Positions 35,331 to 48,520 of a stretch of DNA of 64,000 nt are shown here, in pieces. The notes under the pieces are model-generated. The model did no database searches. It saw only the letters and a program-made list of their open reading frames with translations, and was not told where the DNA came from. The stretch is from positions 18,485,880 through 18,549,879 of the forward strand of contig OZ316895.1 of the NCBI GenBank assembly GCA_973895155.1. The letters are read 5' to 3'. Numbering within the stretch: the first letter of the stretch is position 1; each line of letters begins with the position of its first letter. Both the position numbers and the translations under genes were made by a program. The stretch comes from Marsupella aquatica. Taxonomy: Eukaryota; Plantae; Marchantiophyta.

Positions 35331-36956
35331 TAAAGCCGAATTCGCTAATTCCGGCCACAAGTTAACCCATCACACTAATCAGGTCGTATCTTTCTTAATA
35401 CACCTCCGTTTCTCGAGTGTTTTATATCGATTTTACTCGCCTTGACCAGATATTTCCAATGCTCTTTACAGATCCGGATTTGGTGACATATTGAAAGAGA
35501 TATGGTCATCGACCACCCGCGACATAGCTTTTATTTCCCTACTCTTAACGCCATGATTGCCCTTATTCTTGCCATCTTGCTAATTGTTATACAATATCAA
35601 TAGCTACTCCTTGCATACAACAACCTACTTAATCAGATTACAAAATAAGGACCATGTCATTGGCGTCACAGGCCGGCAGCAGAGAAACCCAACCAGCCCG
35701 ACAACCCTACAATCGAGCAAGTGTTTAGGCCAAGGACAGAAAACTTGCCAATGCAGCAACCAGGCATGCAGAGTCTTCTGAAATTGCTGGAGAAGGAAAA
35801 GAAGGTTGTTGCGGCAACTGCACTGGTACAGGACACTGCTCAAGAAGCAGGCCTAAAACGACTCACAAGGGAAAACCCCTTTACCGGAACCAAGGAAAGA
35901 GGGAGGCCGGAACACGAGCCGGGGGTACGGATGCATGTGGGAGCCGCGAGTCCAAAAACCAATGGAGAGCAGCCCAAAGCTCTTGGTCGCGATGAAGAGA
36001 AGGAGAGGAGAGCCTGGGAGCCAGAGGAGGAACCAGGACGCGTGAGCCGTGTTTGGCAGGAGGCCGCGTTTGAAGCAGGACTAGGAGAGGAGCAAAAGGA
36101 GCCGGTAGTCCAAGCCGGGAGGGAGGTGGTGGAGGACTATGACGATGACAACTTTGGCTATGGGTTGGACCATCCTGTCCCAGGAGTGAGGACATGTGGC
36201 CGCTTCATCCCCACGCTTCCTAGAGTAGTTCGAGGGGACCCCAACCAGCAGAGCAGCCCCGAGTCTCCCCCACCAGATGTCTCTCCCCCGAGATTCGACA
36301 GGATGAAATAGATGGCATAGGAGTTGTAGGAGCAACTCAAGGAACAAGAGGAGGCAACCCTGGCCAAGGAGAAGGATTTACCCGGGGGAGAATGGCCAGA
36401 GGACATCTGGCGGCTTGCAGAAAAACAAAGCAGCCCTCCACCCGCGTTAGAAGAGATCTGGAAGGCGGCTTGGGAACAAAAACCGCGGTGGGTGATGACG
36501 ATGACTACTACTCACTCCACATATGCGCAAGACAGAGCCATGGAGTACAGGAAGATGTGTGGGGAACTTGCGCTCAGCATCTTTGGGGAGGAGTTGGAGT
36601 AGGGACCTTTTTCCAGAGGGAGATGTTGGATAAAAGCCAATTGGAGGAAACGGTGGCTTTGGAGAGGATGAAGAAGGACGAGGTCATCCATTGGCTTAGG
36701 GAAAAGGAAGCCGAGGCAGAAGGACTCGGACCCAAAGGAAATTGGCCGACACGGTCAAGGAAAAGGAGAAATGGAAGCGGGAGCTGAAGGACGCAGAGGA
36801 GACCTACATAACAACCAGCAATCGGGCCATGGCGGAAATGCAGAGGAAGGAGAGGACACTGAAGGGGGAACTCGAGGATCTCCGCGGAGCCTTTGAGCAG
36901 AAGGAGGCCGAGTTAGGGAAATCCTATCAAAGGATTATTGTGTTGCAATAGGAGAT

Positions 36957-38091
36957 ATGTTGTCGCGGAAATTCTTCCCAACATTGTCTTGCCTTGTAAG
37001 CAAGCTTCGCAGAGGCTCGGGTGGGGCACCAAAAGGAGGCAATTTCACCTTGCCATTCGCACAACATGCACTAAAAAGGGGATTGTTTTTGGTGCCCTTT
37101 TTGCATTCCTGAAGCCAATGAAGTGCCCCACATGTGTGGCAAACCACGTCCATACGCCCCAAACCATGTCGGGCCAAGTGAGGATCCAACGGCCTTCGCG
37201 CCTTTGGAAGACGAGTGATTAGTTGTGCCCTCCATCTTCTTCGCGCCTTTGGAAGACGACTGATTAGTTGTGCCCTCCATCTTCTTCGCTCTGCAATGCA
37301 AGTGTGATTGGTGCAACTGCCAAACTCTCCTGGACTTCAAACATAATATCCGGCCCTACATCCGGTTCCCTTTCTCCACTTGACAGCTCCAAGGTCCCCT
37401 CCACAAAAGTGTCAAATTCACCATCCCCATCGTTGACATAATCTTCCTCAGCGTCATATAATTCCCCCACCGCATGTTGATCAAACCCGCCATCCATTGC
37501 CCCATTGATGAGCCACTCCTCATCAAACAAATGAGTTTCAGTGTGAGCGTGCATTGGTTCCTCCGGCGAACAATCAATCCCCCCATCATCCAACGCCTCA
37601 TTGAAAAGCCACTCCTCATCATAGAGGCAAGGTTTCGGCTGAACATGTGGTGCTGCCTCATAGGACGCGTTGGAGGCTAACTCCAATGGAGGATGGTGAA
37701 TTTGACTTTCATCCAAAGCACCTTGAATGAGCCATCCTTCATCAAATACATGTGGGTCACAGGGAACCATGGGTTGGCGGACCGATGTGCTCGGATCACC
37801 AACACTAATATTGGAAATGGCATGGGGCCTTTCCAATGCTTGCCCTTGGCCTCGAGCCTCACCACAAAGCTGCCTCCCACTGTTCATACGCGCAACCAAG
37901 TTTGGTTGAGGGCTCGCTTCTGCCCGAACCCCATCAGTTGGAGCCCTTGCAGCCCCTCCATTATTTCCAACCACCCCATTTTGTTGTTGTCGACGCTGCG
38001 CTCGCCTCGCCCTCTGCCTTTCATTAATGGCGTCTTTGTTTTTGGCGTACCTCTCACGCCGAGCCGCCAATACCTGGTCGGGAGGAGGCAT
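36957..38091 (-). pseudogene. Helitron Rep/helicase N-terminal fragment (zinc-binding region)
   Basis: LGRMDVVCHTCGALHW..E.......FSACCANGKVKLPP...PPEPLRSLL.......NFRDNI is the typical Helitron N-terminal CxxC/CC motif; truncated against X copy 3. A 43-bp duplication lies at 37193-37288. Confidence 0.8.
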
Positions 38092-38424
38092 GTTGGCAAC
38101 GGTACCCTCATCATAAGAAAGCCCTAATTACTCCATGCTCCCGCCCATAGTCCGTTGTCTACATCCAACGCACATATTTTGTTAGTCATTCTAATTTAAA
38201 TGAGTCATTCAAATTAACATGCCCCATTCCAAACTTGACAAACCCTAAGTAAGTTGAACGCCGGTTAGAGGACACCATCGCAAGAGACATGGGATATTAG
38301 AAGGAGCCCAATATCCATCAAGGATACATCCTATAAGGGCCCCCTCATCCCGCCCACCCACCCAACCTTGGTGACGTTCCTCCTGCTTCTAGGAGTTGTG
38401 CCTCTTGCCCCTAAGTTAGCCCAT

Positions 38425-39050
38425 GTTTGCTTACTTGGATTTGGCCGCCCCTATGCCGAGACCCCTTGGGGCAACGGCACAGCTTGGCCAACTTTTCAAC
38501 TAAACATTTTGCCACTCCTTGCATGATCCCCAAACCCCATTGGTAACCCCAAAGTTTTTGTGACTTAAAGTTGTTTAACTGAAAGTCGCTGTAGCCGCTT
38601 ACTTGGGTTTGGCCACCCCAATGCCGAGACCCCTTGGGGCAACTGCACGGCTTGGCTGACTTTTCAACATGCCTTTTTCCTAACCCTTGCATCCCCAAAC
38701 CCCATTGGTAACCCCAAAGTTTTGGTGACTTAAAGTTGATTAACTGAAAGTCGCCGCTGCCGCGGCCGCTTACTTGGCTTTGGCCGCCTCAATGCCGAGA
38801 CCCCTTGGGGCAACGGCACGGCTTTGCCAACTTTTCAACACTCAGGCCTTTTTTCCTAACCCTTGCATCCCCCAACCCCATTGGTAACCCCAGATTTTTG
38901 TTACTTAATAGTCTAACTTAAAGTCGCCGCGACCGCTTACTTGGCTTTGGCTGCCCCAATGCCGAGACCCCTTGGGGCAACGGCACGGCTTGGCCAACTT
39001 TTCAGCGGCACAAATTTCCTACCCCTTGCATGGAATCCCATTGGTAACCT
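38425..39050. repeat. Four ~170-bp tandem repeats upstream of the Helitron ORF
   Basis: GCTTACTTGG...ATGCCGAGACCCCTTGGGGCAAC...CCCATTGGTAACC recurs at ~38430, 38597, 38767 and 38935. Confidence 0.88.
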
Positions 39051-39339
39051 CATCCATGTTTACTCGGCTCCTTACTCGCCAACGCCATTCCCCCTTGGGG
39101 TGGTGGTGTGGTTTGTGTCACCTTCCAACTTGGATGCTTGAGAGGAGGTGGTCCCCTCATATGTACTTCTGGGGACCTGCCACCCCCGGACCACATTTGG
39201 TCCCCATATTTTGGTCCCCAACCCAAGCATTTTTCTGTTATAAACGGACTTGCAAGAGTGGCCTCTGGTGTCGTCGTCATCGCCACACCCTCTTATCACC
39301 GCTCCCTCTTGTTGTTCTCCGTTCTCCTCGTCGCTCCCT

Positions 39340-40070
39340 CTCATTTGTTAATCCCTCTCCCTCGGGCATTGGGTCGCGGCAGCGAGGGCATCGCGGCGAC
39401 GTAAGGCGTCGCAACCAGGTCCAGTCCAACTGCTAGGCAGGGGAGGGCAGCGAGGCAGCATCGCGGTAGGGGAGGGCATCGTTGCAGCGATATCAAGTCC
39501 AGGCGCGGACTCAAACGGAGGGGGTCGCGGCAGGGAGGGCGTCGTAGCGGCGGCGACGGCAGCAGGGTCCAGTCCAGGCCCAGGGTCGACCGGCCAGCCT
39601 CAGCCTCGTGGGGAGCGCGGCCAGCCTCAGGGGCACGGCAGTAAGGCAGGAGAGCAGGAGGGTGTCGCCGCCTCGACGCCGTCAAGTCCAGGCACCCTCG
39701 ACCGGTTCAGGTCGCGGCCAGCCTCGGGGGGCACGGCACGGCAGTGGGAGGCGGGAGGCGAGAGCTTGGGGGGGGCACGACAGTGTGGGAGGCGGGAGGC
39801 AGGAGGCGGGGTCCGACGGAAGGAGCGCGAGGGAGGGAGTGTCGCGAGGGAGGAGGAGGGAGTGTCACGAGGGAGGGAGGAGGGAGTGTCACGAGGGAGC
39901 GGGGAGGAAGTGTCACGAGGGAGGGAGTGTCGCAAGGGAGTGCAAGGGAGCGCAAGGGAGGAGGGAGCGGGGTCGCGGCAAGGGGGAGTATACACCGCGA
40001 CGGGAGGGAGGGAGCGCCGGCTGAGTCGCCACGATGCGGGTTCACAGGGGCTGTCACCACTATACGGCAT
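39340..40070. repeat. GC-rich low-complexity region with GGAGTGTCACGAGGGAG-type repeats
   Basis: Purine-rich ~20-bp units at 39830-39960; probably the 5' region of the Helitron. Confidence 0.6.
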
Positions 40071-40923
40071 TTAGCACCGCATTGCATTCGCGGCGGCACT
40101 GCATTTTGTCCTATTGCTTTCCTTTTTGGGTGGTTTTGATTTTTCTCACTGAAAACGACACGGTAAATTCAAATGATGACCACGGCAAAAATGGATGCAA
40201 CGTTGTATTATAGTTCTTGATTTACAAGTAAAATAGTCAAACAATCATCAAGTGTGGTAAGATCTGAGGAAATCACCTAATCAAGACTCATCCTAAAGGA
40301 TCAAACAAATAAAAGGAACCCAATCATACCTGGACACTCATGCTAGTAAGACAAGTCCGAGTAACAAAAGTCATGCATACTTTATAACTCACTAGAACCC
40401 CCACCACTCAACCAATATAAATGAGAGAAAAGGATAAATGACTCCAAAAGTCTCACAACTTACAAAGTGAGATCTAAGTTCCACTACAATTAAAAACGAC
40501 ACTATATTTTATTTTTCTAATTTACCTGATTCAATGTGGAGGTAATATGAAACTCATGCTTAATTGAGAATTGTAAGTACGATTTCAATACAACTGCACA
40601 AAGACGACACTACCCTCCAAAACAAATGATCAACACCAAAGTCGAATTCCTTGTTGAACAATGTATTGTCCAAAACCATGGCAACAAACGGCTTGATGGT
40701 TACTGGATCTTCAATCTCAATAACATTAGTAGAGAAACCATAAAATTCAGTAGATAATGATTATCACCATTTCAGATTTTAAAAATTTAAAAACAGAGTT
40801 TCCAAACAGAAATCATGCAACAAAATTTAGTTCACGCCCTGCCTTCCCTGAAATTCACTAAGAAAAGGACCAGGAGAGATGCATTGAACCATATGTTTTG
40901 GTCTTCGGTATTCCTCAGCTAGA

Positions 40924-43900
40924 TTAGCTTCCTGAGTACCTCCCGACTCTGAATGTGTGCAAATCGAGGCAGACTGTCCGGTTACGATGAGTGAATTTGC
41001 ACTTTTTCAGCTTAAAAATGGAAATTGTGGACTTCGTCAGGTTTTCGATCTGCATTCATAAAAATCCAAGTAACACCTCATGCTGTCGTCAAACTCATCA
41101 TTTTCCCATCTAGAATCTCCATCAGTTCTACGGGGTTGCAGTTTCATGAATACATTGCATAAGGTGGATTGTGACAAGACCAACATAGTATGTAGTTCTT
41201 GTGATTTCTCCATCGAGTAGTACTACATTGCCAAAGAGACGAGGTCACACTTGCAGTTTCCTACACACCTTGTTACATAAGAGTCATCTGTGGTGTCCAC
41301 GACTACGACATCACCAGCATTTACAAATGTGGGTCCCTGCAGATGTGATGCAGAAATACATCAAATTTGAGAAAACCTCAACTGAGGCCAAAATTAGGGC
41401 GACTGCATTTCACAGACTGAGAAAACAAGTAGACAATGATACAATTCAAGAGATTAGTTTGTTCAAGTTGGGATCAATTCAACTGGCTATGGGATTCAAT
41501 CCGGCCGCAAAGCTCAGCAATATACCATAATTTGCTGTCCATTGTCTAGAACGACCCTCTTGTACCTGCAACCAGAAGTATACCGTTCCACTATAATGAG
41601 GTCAGAGAAAACCGCTCATATTTGCAACCCAAGTACTAAACTACAAAGGCTTCAAAAAACTTCAGTCAGTATGAAATGGAACTAGCTACAGTAGTGCTAA
41701 TGTGATTTAGTCCCTACGATGGAGTTGCCGTCTGTCCCTTGAAGTAAGGTTCTGCCTCAGCCACAGTGCAGGTGACACGGGGTGGTACTGATGCTGAGAG
41801 GGGCTTTCCATCGAAGTACTGTAACGTAACATCCATGCCATCTGTTTGCAAGGTATTTAACCATCAGTGGCACGAGACTGAGTACAAGTACATAAAGTGA
41901 GGGAAGAGGACTGAACGAGCAAGATTCTTTCTTGCTAAGATAATAATGTCCTACATGAGAGAACGAGCAGACTAGTCACCATGATGAGAAAAGTACCCGT
42001 AAGGTAAACAGCCCCAGTCCCAAAATAGGTAATTGGCACTTCCATCTGTTCAAATGTTTCCGGGCTACAAAACCAACATAAACCAAAATTTCTTAGGTAA
42101 CGAAAGACAAAACTGACACCCCCTCTCACCTGTTAACACTTATGACTAAAGCGTTTTCCATAATCCTGGGGCAACTAAAACTACATCGACCAAACAAAGG
42201 TAAAGAGCCCGTTTATCCTTTAGCAGAAAGCGGGATCACACAGCTCCTAAAGATGCAAGTTCAAATAAAACAACTTACTCCATCAAGTATACAGTCTCAT
42301 CTTCTTTGTACAGGAAAGTGTAATGTTTCTCGTCGACGAAAACTTCTGCAGGCGAAGACAAAACCCGCAATGGAAACAACTTAAGCTGGGTTTGTTTAAC
42401 TTTTTTGGCGTAATGAACACTACACAGATTGAAATTAAACTTCCCACACAGGACATTAGTCCAATTGCTTCCCAACCTACTTTCAATAGCCTCTGAGGTA
42501 CGAAGTCTTGCGCTTGATTTCAGGCCCGTTTGCACATCACGGAGCTCAACCTGATTGAGGATCATAACCACGATCATCCACCGACGACAACCAACACCAC
42601 AAGACCACTTCGAGCCAAAAGAAATCATTAGCGTGTGCAACACATGATACTAGACTACTTTCGGCAACAACACCTGTACCATCAGAACAGGCTGCCAGCT
42701 ACAACCATCAGAACAGGCTACAACTATGGCTCAGGAATTTATGAAAGAACTCACTGATTCACAAGCTTATCGAAAGATTGAGTGAATCTGGCAGAGTAAG
42801 AAGACTTCCATTTCTCTCAAACAATCGACTAATTCAAGTTGAGACAAAACTATGCACTTCTTTGGATTGGAACCAGTTACCTGGATAAGTGCTCCTCCCC
42901 GGCCCTGCGTAGTATGCTGCGTCTTCAACACCTACAATAGTCAAGAAAAGAAAGACTTTGAGGATTACTTACACAAAATGAGGCAAAAAATTGAGCGCAA
43001 GTCACGGCATGACATTCATTATAGTGTGTTGAATGCATTTAAAGTCGCTTAAGACAGTCGCTTCAATCCAACTGTGTCCACATCAATCGCAGCAACTTTT
43101 GCATCACTTCTACATGTACATACAAAGGCCTTACCTTTTCTATGCGCCCTGCCTTGCAATTTAGAAGTATCCAGATGTGACAAGGTCCAGCACCGTGTAC
43201 GCTATCAGTAAGATTGCAGTAACATAGAAATACGTGGTAACCCATCGCTTGGGAAATATCTACAGTAACTGCGATTTGAAGGACGTGTAGAAAGCATGCG
43301 ACAGGTTTACTGCATCATGTTTCTACGCAGCAGTTCATAAAGTGGCGGTGGATAAGATATTGACCTTTCCGCTCTATGACGAAACCAACCTTCACCTGAA
43401 AGGAACATCACACCCACCGAAAGAATTCGTTTAGACGACTTCCTCACAAGAAAGCAGAAGGGATGTAAAAGAATGAAATAGGGCCACATGTCCAGAATAT
43501 CTCTCATCGGCCAGCGACAACCTCACCGAACCGGATTTCCAGCATCTATTAAATACACAGCCAGAGAACTGTCGTAACGCGGAATATTCTAAACATGATG
43601 GTCTGCGTCACACATAAAGATGTAGCCTCCAGGGTTTTCCATTCCCCCATTCGTAATTTCTCTTAATGTGATTCCAAGGTTCAATTTACGATTGGTCCAC
43701 CGACACTTCACTAAATTCATATCTATTTACGCAACGAGGATTGTCGTGTGAAATTTGTCTAACGAATAGGCTGATTCAAGAGAATCGTTGTGGACAAGCT
43801 CAGTATAAATCCCCCATGCCACAAACACAAAAACCTGCTTGGAAGGCGTTACATGCCATCTACGATCAAGAGAAACCGATCGGCTCTCTTGGAGTATGCA

Positions 43901-44227
43901 ATACTGAGGGGGGACCCCAAGATAAATGGAGAGTCACACCTCCGAGCCACTGATTTTCGCTCCTCGTAATTGTTGCATTGCCAGTCTGGTCGCAAAGGTC
44001 TCAGGGGATCCAAAACTGTGCCGGAGGCCTCCTCGTGACAGAACGCACGGGCCATTGAAAGGACCAGCTGGCAGTTCATTGACTGTGAATACCGGCTTAA
44101 CTTGGCAAGCTGAGAAAGAGGGCAACGACAAAGATGAAGCATTGCCTCTGCGTCCGTCGTGCAACAACGATAATGCTGCTCTCAGCGATCGCTTCAGATG
44201 CTGCGCAGCTCGTCGAGTGCTCACCAT
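40924..44227 (-). CDS. efp: Elongation factor P family protein, organellar (probably mitochondrial), ~11 exons
   Basis: Exons read AKISGSE / VKVGFVIERK / GRIEK / VLKTQHTTQGRGGALIQ / VELRDVQTGLKSSARLRTSEAIE / VFVDEKHYTFLYKEDETVYLME / PETFEQMEVPITYFGTGAVYLT / GMDVTLQYFDGKPLSASVPPRVTCTVAEAEPYFKGQTATP / YKRVVLDNGQQIM / GPTFVNAGDVVVVDTTDDSYVTR, with GT-AG junctions and an Arg/Ser-rich presequence. Confidence 0.92.
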
Positions 44228-44466
44228 ATTTCTCACTGCCCTCGTCCCGAATCTCTTTAATTGAAAACTTATCGTGTCTCTCTTCCCAAAATCTGCTTTA
44301 CTTGTAGATCGTTCCCTTTGTGTTCTTGCTCACATCAACCCTCGCACTACCCTCCGCACACTGCACCCTTTGCCCCAACTTTAAATCCATACCTTAATGT
44401 CACTCATGAACAGAAATGGTGTTATCCAAGTACATCAATCAGTACATCAATCAAAAATTAATAAGG

Positions 44467-44965
44467 GCAATTTTACTTATAAAGTGCAAACTACAAGTTA
44501 GAGTTGGGGGCTAGGCTAATTTATACCGGCAATCTTACTTATAAAGTGTCAACTACAGGTTAGAGTTGGAGGCTAGGCTTCTAGAGTGAAGATTGTCAAC
44601 TACAAGTTAGAGTTGGAGGCTAGGCTTCTAGAGTGAAGATTGTCAACTACAAGTTAGAGTTGGGGCGGGCAATCTTACTTATAAAGTGTCAACTACAGGT
44701 TAGAGTTGGAGGCTAGGCTTCTAGAGTGAAGATTGTCAACTACAAGTTAGAGTTTGGGGCTACGCTTCTAGAGTGAAGATTCTAGACCATAACTCCATGG
44801 CCCACCATGCCAATGGGAAACCTTATGACTATGATGTATGTCAAATCTTACTTATAAAACACCAACTACAAACTAGAGTTGGGGGCTAGGTTTCTAGAGT
44901 GAAACCTCTAAACAGTAACTCCATTGCACACCATGTGAATGAGATTATGACTATGATATATGTCA
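44467..44965. repeat. Tandem ~47-58-bp repeats upstream of the EF-P gene
   Basis: AACTACAAGTTAGAGTTGG(A/G)GGCTAGGCTTCTAGAGTGAAGATTGTC about seven times, some with TTACTTATAAAGTG variants. Confidence 0.88.
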
Positions 44966-45719
44966 AATGATAATTATTATGCATGCTTTTGTTATGATTT
45001 CTATTTACATTCAAAAAAAGTACTCTATGGCCCCACCAGAACATATGTGCATAGAAGACAAAATGTATATAGAGAGGAGAATGGTATGTTATGTATGATT
45101 ATTAAAATGATGACATGCATGATGATTTTTTATCATTTCATTAACATTCAAAGAATGTGAATAGGAAATATATTTTGGTGACATTTTTATTGTCTTCTCC
45201 GCCATTCATGTTCAAAGAACGGGTAGTCAGGACTAGTTTCAATTAAGTCCATGACCAAAAATGATTGGTCACCAAGAGTCAACCAAGATTCTCCCTCTTT
45301 CTTGACCTGCGTCAGGGCTATTTTCAACACACCAAGGAGTGCATATGGATCAAGAGTACTCAGTAGGGACAGGAGATGGCGAGTTGGCAAGAGCCAATGA
45401 CAGCAGGCTAGGAGTGAGTGCAAAGTGAGGGAGTGAGGGTTTACTCTCGCCCCTTGTTTTGGTGCTTCCCACTCCCTGCCTCTAAATGACCAATTGCACC
45501 TTGTCATCAAGGGTTTGATGGACTGTTTGCAAACAAAGAGTTGCAAGTTCAAGTTTGAGTTGTGAGGTGAAGTTGTCATTCAAGTCTCAAGTTTTGTTAG
45601 AGCTCAATACTCAATACTCAATTGACTATAGACCCATTTTGTTGAGTATTGTTTGAGACAAACCAAAACACAATTAAAATCCCTTGTGAGAGAGTGATGC
45701 ATGGCTTACCTATACCATC

Positions 45720-45994
45720 TTGGACATCCACCCCGATTGGGTAGTTATACAGGTGGATGTAGCAAATGCATTCAACTTTGTCTTTTGTTGTGTCATGTTT
45801 GAGGAGCTTTGGGATGTTGTTTGGAAATTGCATCTCTCACCCCCTTTGCCCGCACCTTTTATGGGACCTCAGCCCCTTTGGTTTACCCTTACCATCTTGG
45901 TTCTAGGTCCTACTTGACCATTTCATCCAAGGCTAGCACTCGAAAGGGTGACTTGGAGGGGTGTTGTTTGGTATGGCTCATGTTGGAGGGTTGA
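45720..45994 (+). pseudogene. Highly decayed non-LTR reverse transcriptase relic (CRE-like)
   Basis: VIQVDVANAFN, then in another frame PFARTFYG...TISS..STRKGD.EG, resembling RT motifs DxxNAFN and GxxQGDPLG. Confidence 0.55.
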
Positions 45995-46114
45995 CTATTT
46001 CATCAATTATTAGTTGTTGATATCAGTTATCAGTCTTTTAATCCTCCAATTTTATGAACCTCAGTTGAGTAGCTGAGATGAGGTATCTACAAGAGATAGG
46101 AAACAATAAATAGT

Positions 46115-47322
46115 TGTCACGCGATTGACATGGGTCTTAACACCAAAAATGTCACTATTGGGTGCCAAAATCATCTCCTTGTCCCTGAGGATCACGAAGG
46201 GATGCTGTGAAGGTTGGTAGCAAGACTCTGTCACACATCACCCAAGCTCAATCCCAAGGAACCAAGGTTGCAAATCAGATCGTGCGCTCATGATAGTTCT
46301 GGTGAGAAAGGGTCTCCATATCGGGCCCGCACACACAGGGCCTAGTGCTATGGTGCACATATGTCTATACGTATGTTTACTGCCATAGGTATGTTTCTAT
46401 TCTGCCGCTAAAATGTACCCATAAACCAGTGACTCCTGAGTGACTGATTCCTGACTTAGGGACTTCTAAGCCATTGCCCCACTCCTCTGCCATCCCACTC
46501 CCAACAATCAAAGCTAGAGCAGTCTCCACCCAACCCACTTCAATGCGCATGGTACACCTCTCAGTGGCGTTGTTGGTCCCATCATACACTCAGATTGCCT
46601 CACACACACTCAGAGTCTCGCTATATGGATGCCTTCCCATCACCTACAACAATTTTAGGCCTTGGACCCCCTAAAATGTAGAAAAAATTGTTTTTTAACC
46701 CCTCTAAATTTGGAATATTCTTGGAATATTCCAAAAAATTGGTTATAAGGACCCTAATGTTTTTATAAGTCTCAAAATTTGATTTAAAAGACTCTAATTT
46801 CTTAGAAAATTCTGAAGTCTTCCCTTTGAACCAATAAAATGACCCTATACTTCATCGCACGTGATGTGTCATTATTGTGGAAGTGAAACTCCCGAGCACA
46901 CACACACATATATGAGAGAAAAGAGACCTGAGAGGAAAACTCAATTAGATTGAAAGATGTACACAATAGTTCACTGAGAAGACTTGATCGGAACAACAGG
47001 CCCGAAGGCTGTCTACTCTAGATTGCGATGTGCTTGCCATGCAAGCTCAATCCTGAACCTAAGCCTGACTCACTCCAAATTGCGACGGCAGATTGGACTT
47101 GAACCAATCCCGTACTTGCCTTGCAAACTCAATCTTGAACTCAACCTCCTTCACTTCACTTCATTCTTGGGGGGCACATATAGATCTCACACCTCCATTT
47201 CATAATGTCAAGTTATACATGCACAATTGACTCAACTTCAAAGCTGGTCAGTACCAGGCCTAACGACGACCTACCCCAAACTACAATGAGGCCCAACCTC
47301 ATGCTTGCCCTACAAGCTCAGC
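46115..47322. mobile_element. Partial second copy of LTR Y with a ~285-bp insertion (46611-46896)
   Basis: Colinear with 21581-22540 from TGTCACGCGATTGACATGGG to AAGCTCAGCT; no TSD found. Confidence 0.85.
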
Positions 47323-48034
47323 TTACATAATTTCATGTGCTATATTGAACAATGTCTCCGCATTGACAACACTTTTCACATGAAATGGGCAAGAAAGAAT
47401 TATGGAAAATCCAATATTTTAGTTTGATCCACCTAAAAACCCCAGCTTTTAATCAACAGTTCTTTACCTTACCTCAATGTATCTATGCAATGCGTTGGCA
47501 TCGGGCTTGGCAACAACATGGCCACAAGACCAGCATAGCCACAACACCCTCATGGCCATAGTGACTGCATCGTCATAATGACAAGATGGTCGCAACAACA
47601 TATGAGATGTCTAAACAACTTTCTTGCCTCGCTTACATTAATTTGCATTATCTACATTTCTTTGGCTCACTTGCATCTTTTTGCATTTCTTTACGGACCC
47701 CCATTAGGGGTCTCTTGCAAATTCTCTGCCATGAGGTTACGCCACATCCCCACAACCAGCCACAAACAGGAATGATCCTACTTTTAGCAATAACAAACGT
47801 GCACATTCCTGTTTGTGGCAAAAGCAATGTAATTTTTGGGGCGCCGTGCCATAAATATTAAACGTAAAAAAAACCAAAATACAAAGGAAGAGATGTCATT
47901 TAGTAAAACAAAGTTACCATTTTGATGTTTGTCAAAGATATATCAGTGTTTTATATCAAAATGCTTGTATTTTTTAATTGTAAATATACATAGTTAAAAT
48001 CCCTTTGGCTTCACATTGTAAAACTAAATAATAA

Positions 48035-48520
48035 ATCTCCTTAGTACTTGATAAAATCTGAAAATGTTTGATTCATTGGAAAATTCAAGATCAAGATTTA
48101 GAAACTCATGATCTCTTTAGTAATGTCGTGATAAAATCTCTCAATGTCACACTCATTAGAAAGTTAGAGCAAAATTAAAAACTCATCATCTCCTTAGTAC
48201 TTGACAAAATCTATCAATGTTAGGTTCATTGGAAAGCTAGAGAAATTTAGATACTCATGATCTCTCTATTTCTTGACAAATAATCTCAATGTCACACATT
48301 AGAAAGCTAAAGAGATTGAAAATCTCCTGATCTCTTGAGTACCGTGACAAAATCTGACATGAATTTGTCAATGTCGGACTCAATGTTAGAAAGCTAAAAG
48401 AATTCATGAACTCATGATCAAAATTTATTATACTCACACTCATTGGAAAGGCAAAGAAATTCAAAAAATCATATGGAACTTGACAAAATTTGTCAATTTG
48501 AGGCTCATTGGAAACCCTTT
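48035..48520. repeat. Degenerate AT-rich tandem repeats (~70/140 bp)
   Basis: Recurring CATT(A/G)GAAAG, CTCATGATCTCT and TGACAAAATCT..AATGT motifs. Confidence 0.55.

Larger units (their letters stand above)
21581..35670. mobile_element. Solo LTR family Y (~2.4 kb net: 21581-22972 plus 34663-35670), interrupted by LINE-B
   Basis: Termini TGTCACGC...GCGTCACA, 5-bp TSD GGCCG on both sides; a partial second copy starts at 46115. Confidence 0.82.
20460..36956 (+). mobile_element. Diverged family X LTR (copy 3), present as 20460-21580 and 35676-36956 around nested insertions; internally deleted and 3'-truncated
   Basis: Starts TGTGATGCCTAGCCAGGAATC. Homology to family X stops at GGCCG (21576-21580) and resumes at GGCCG (35671-35675). 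Many stops. Confidence 0.85.

Noticed and set aside
39341-40139. Overlapping ORFs in all frames
   Set aside because: GC-rich low-complexity sequence lacking stops; no domain signal.
44467-44965. CRISPR-like array (also 35166-35300 and 38425-39050)
   Set aside because: No unique spacers, no cas genes and a eukaryotic context; plain tandem repeats.
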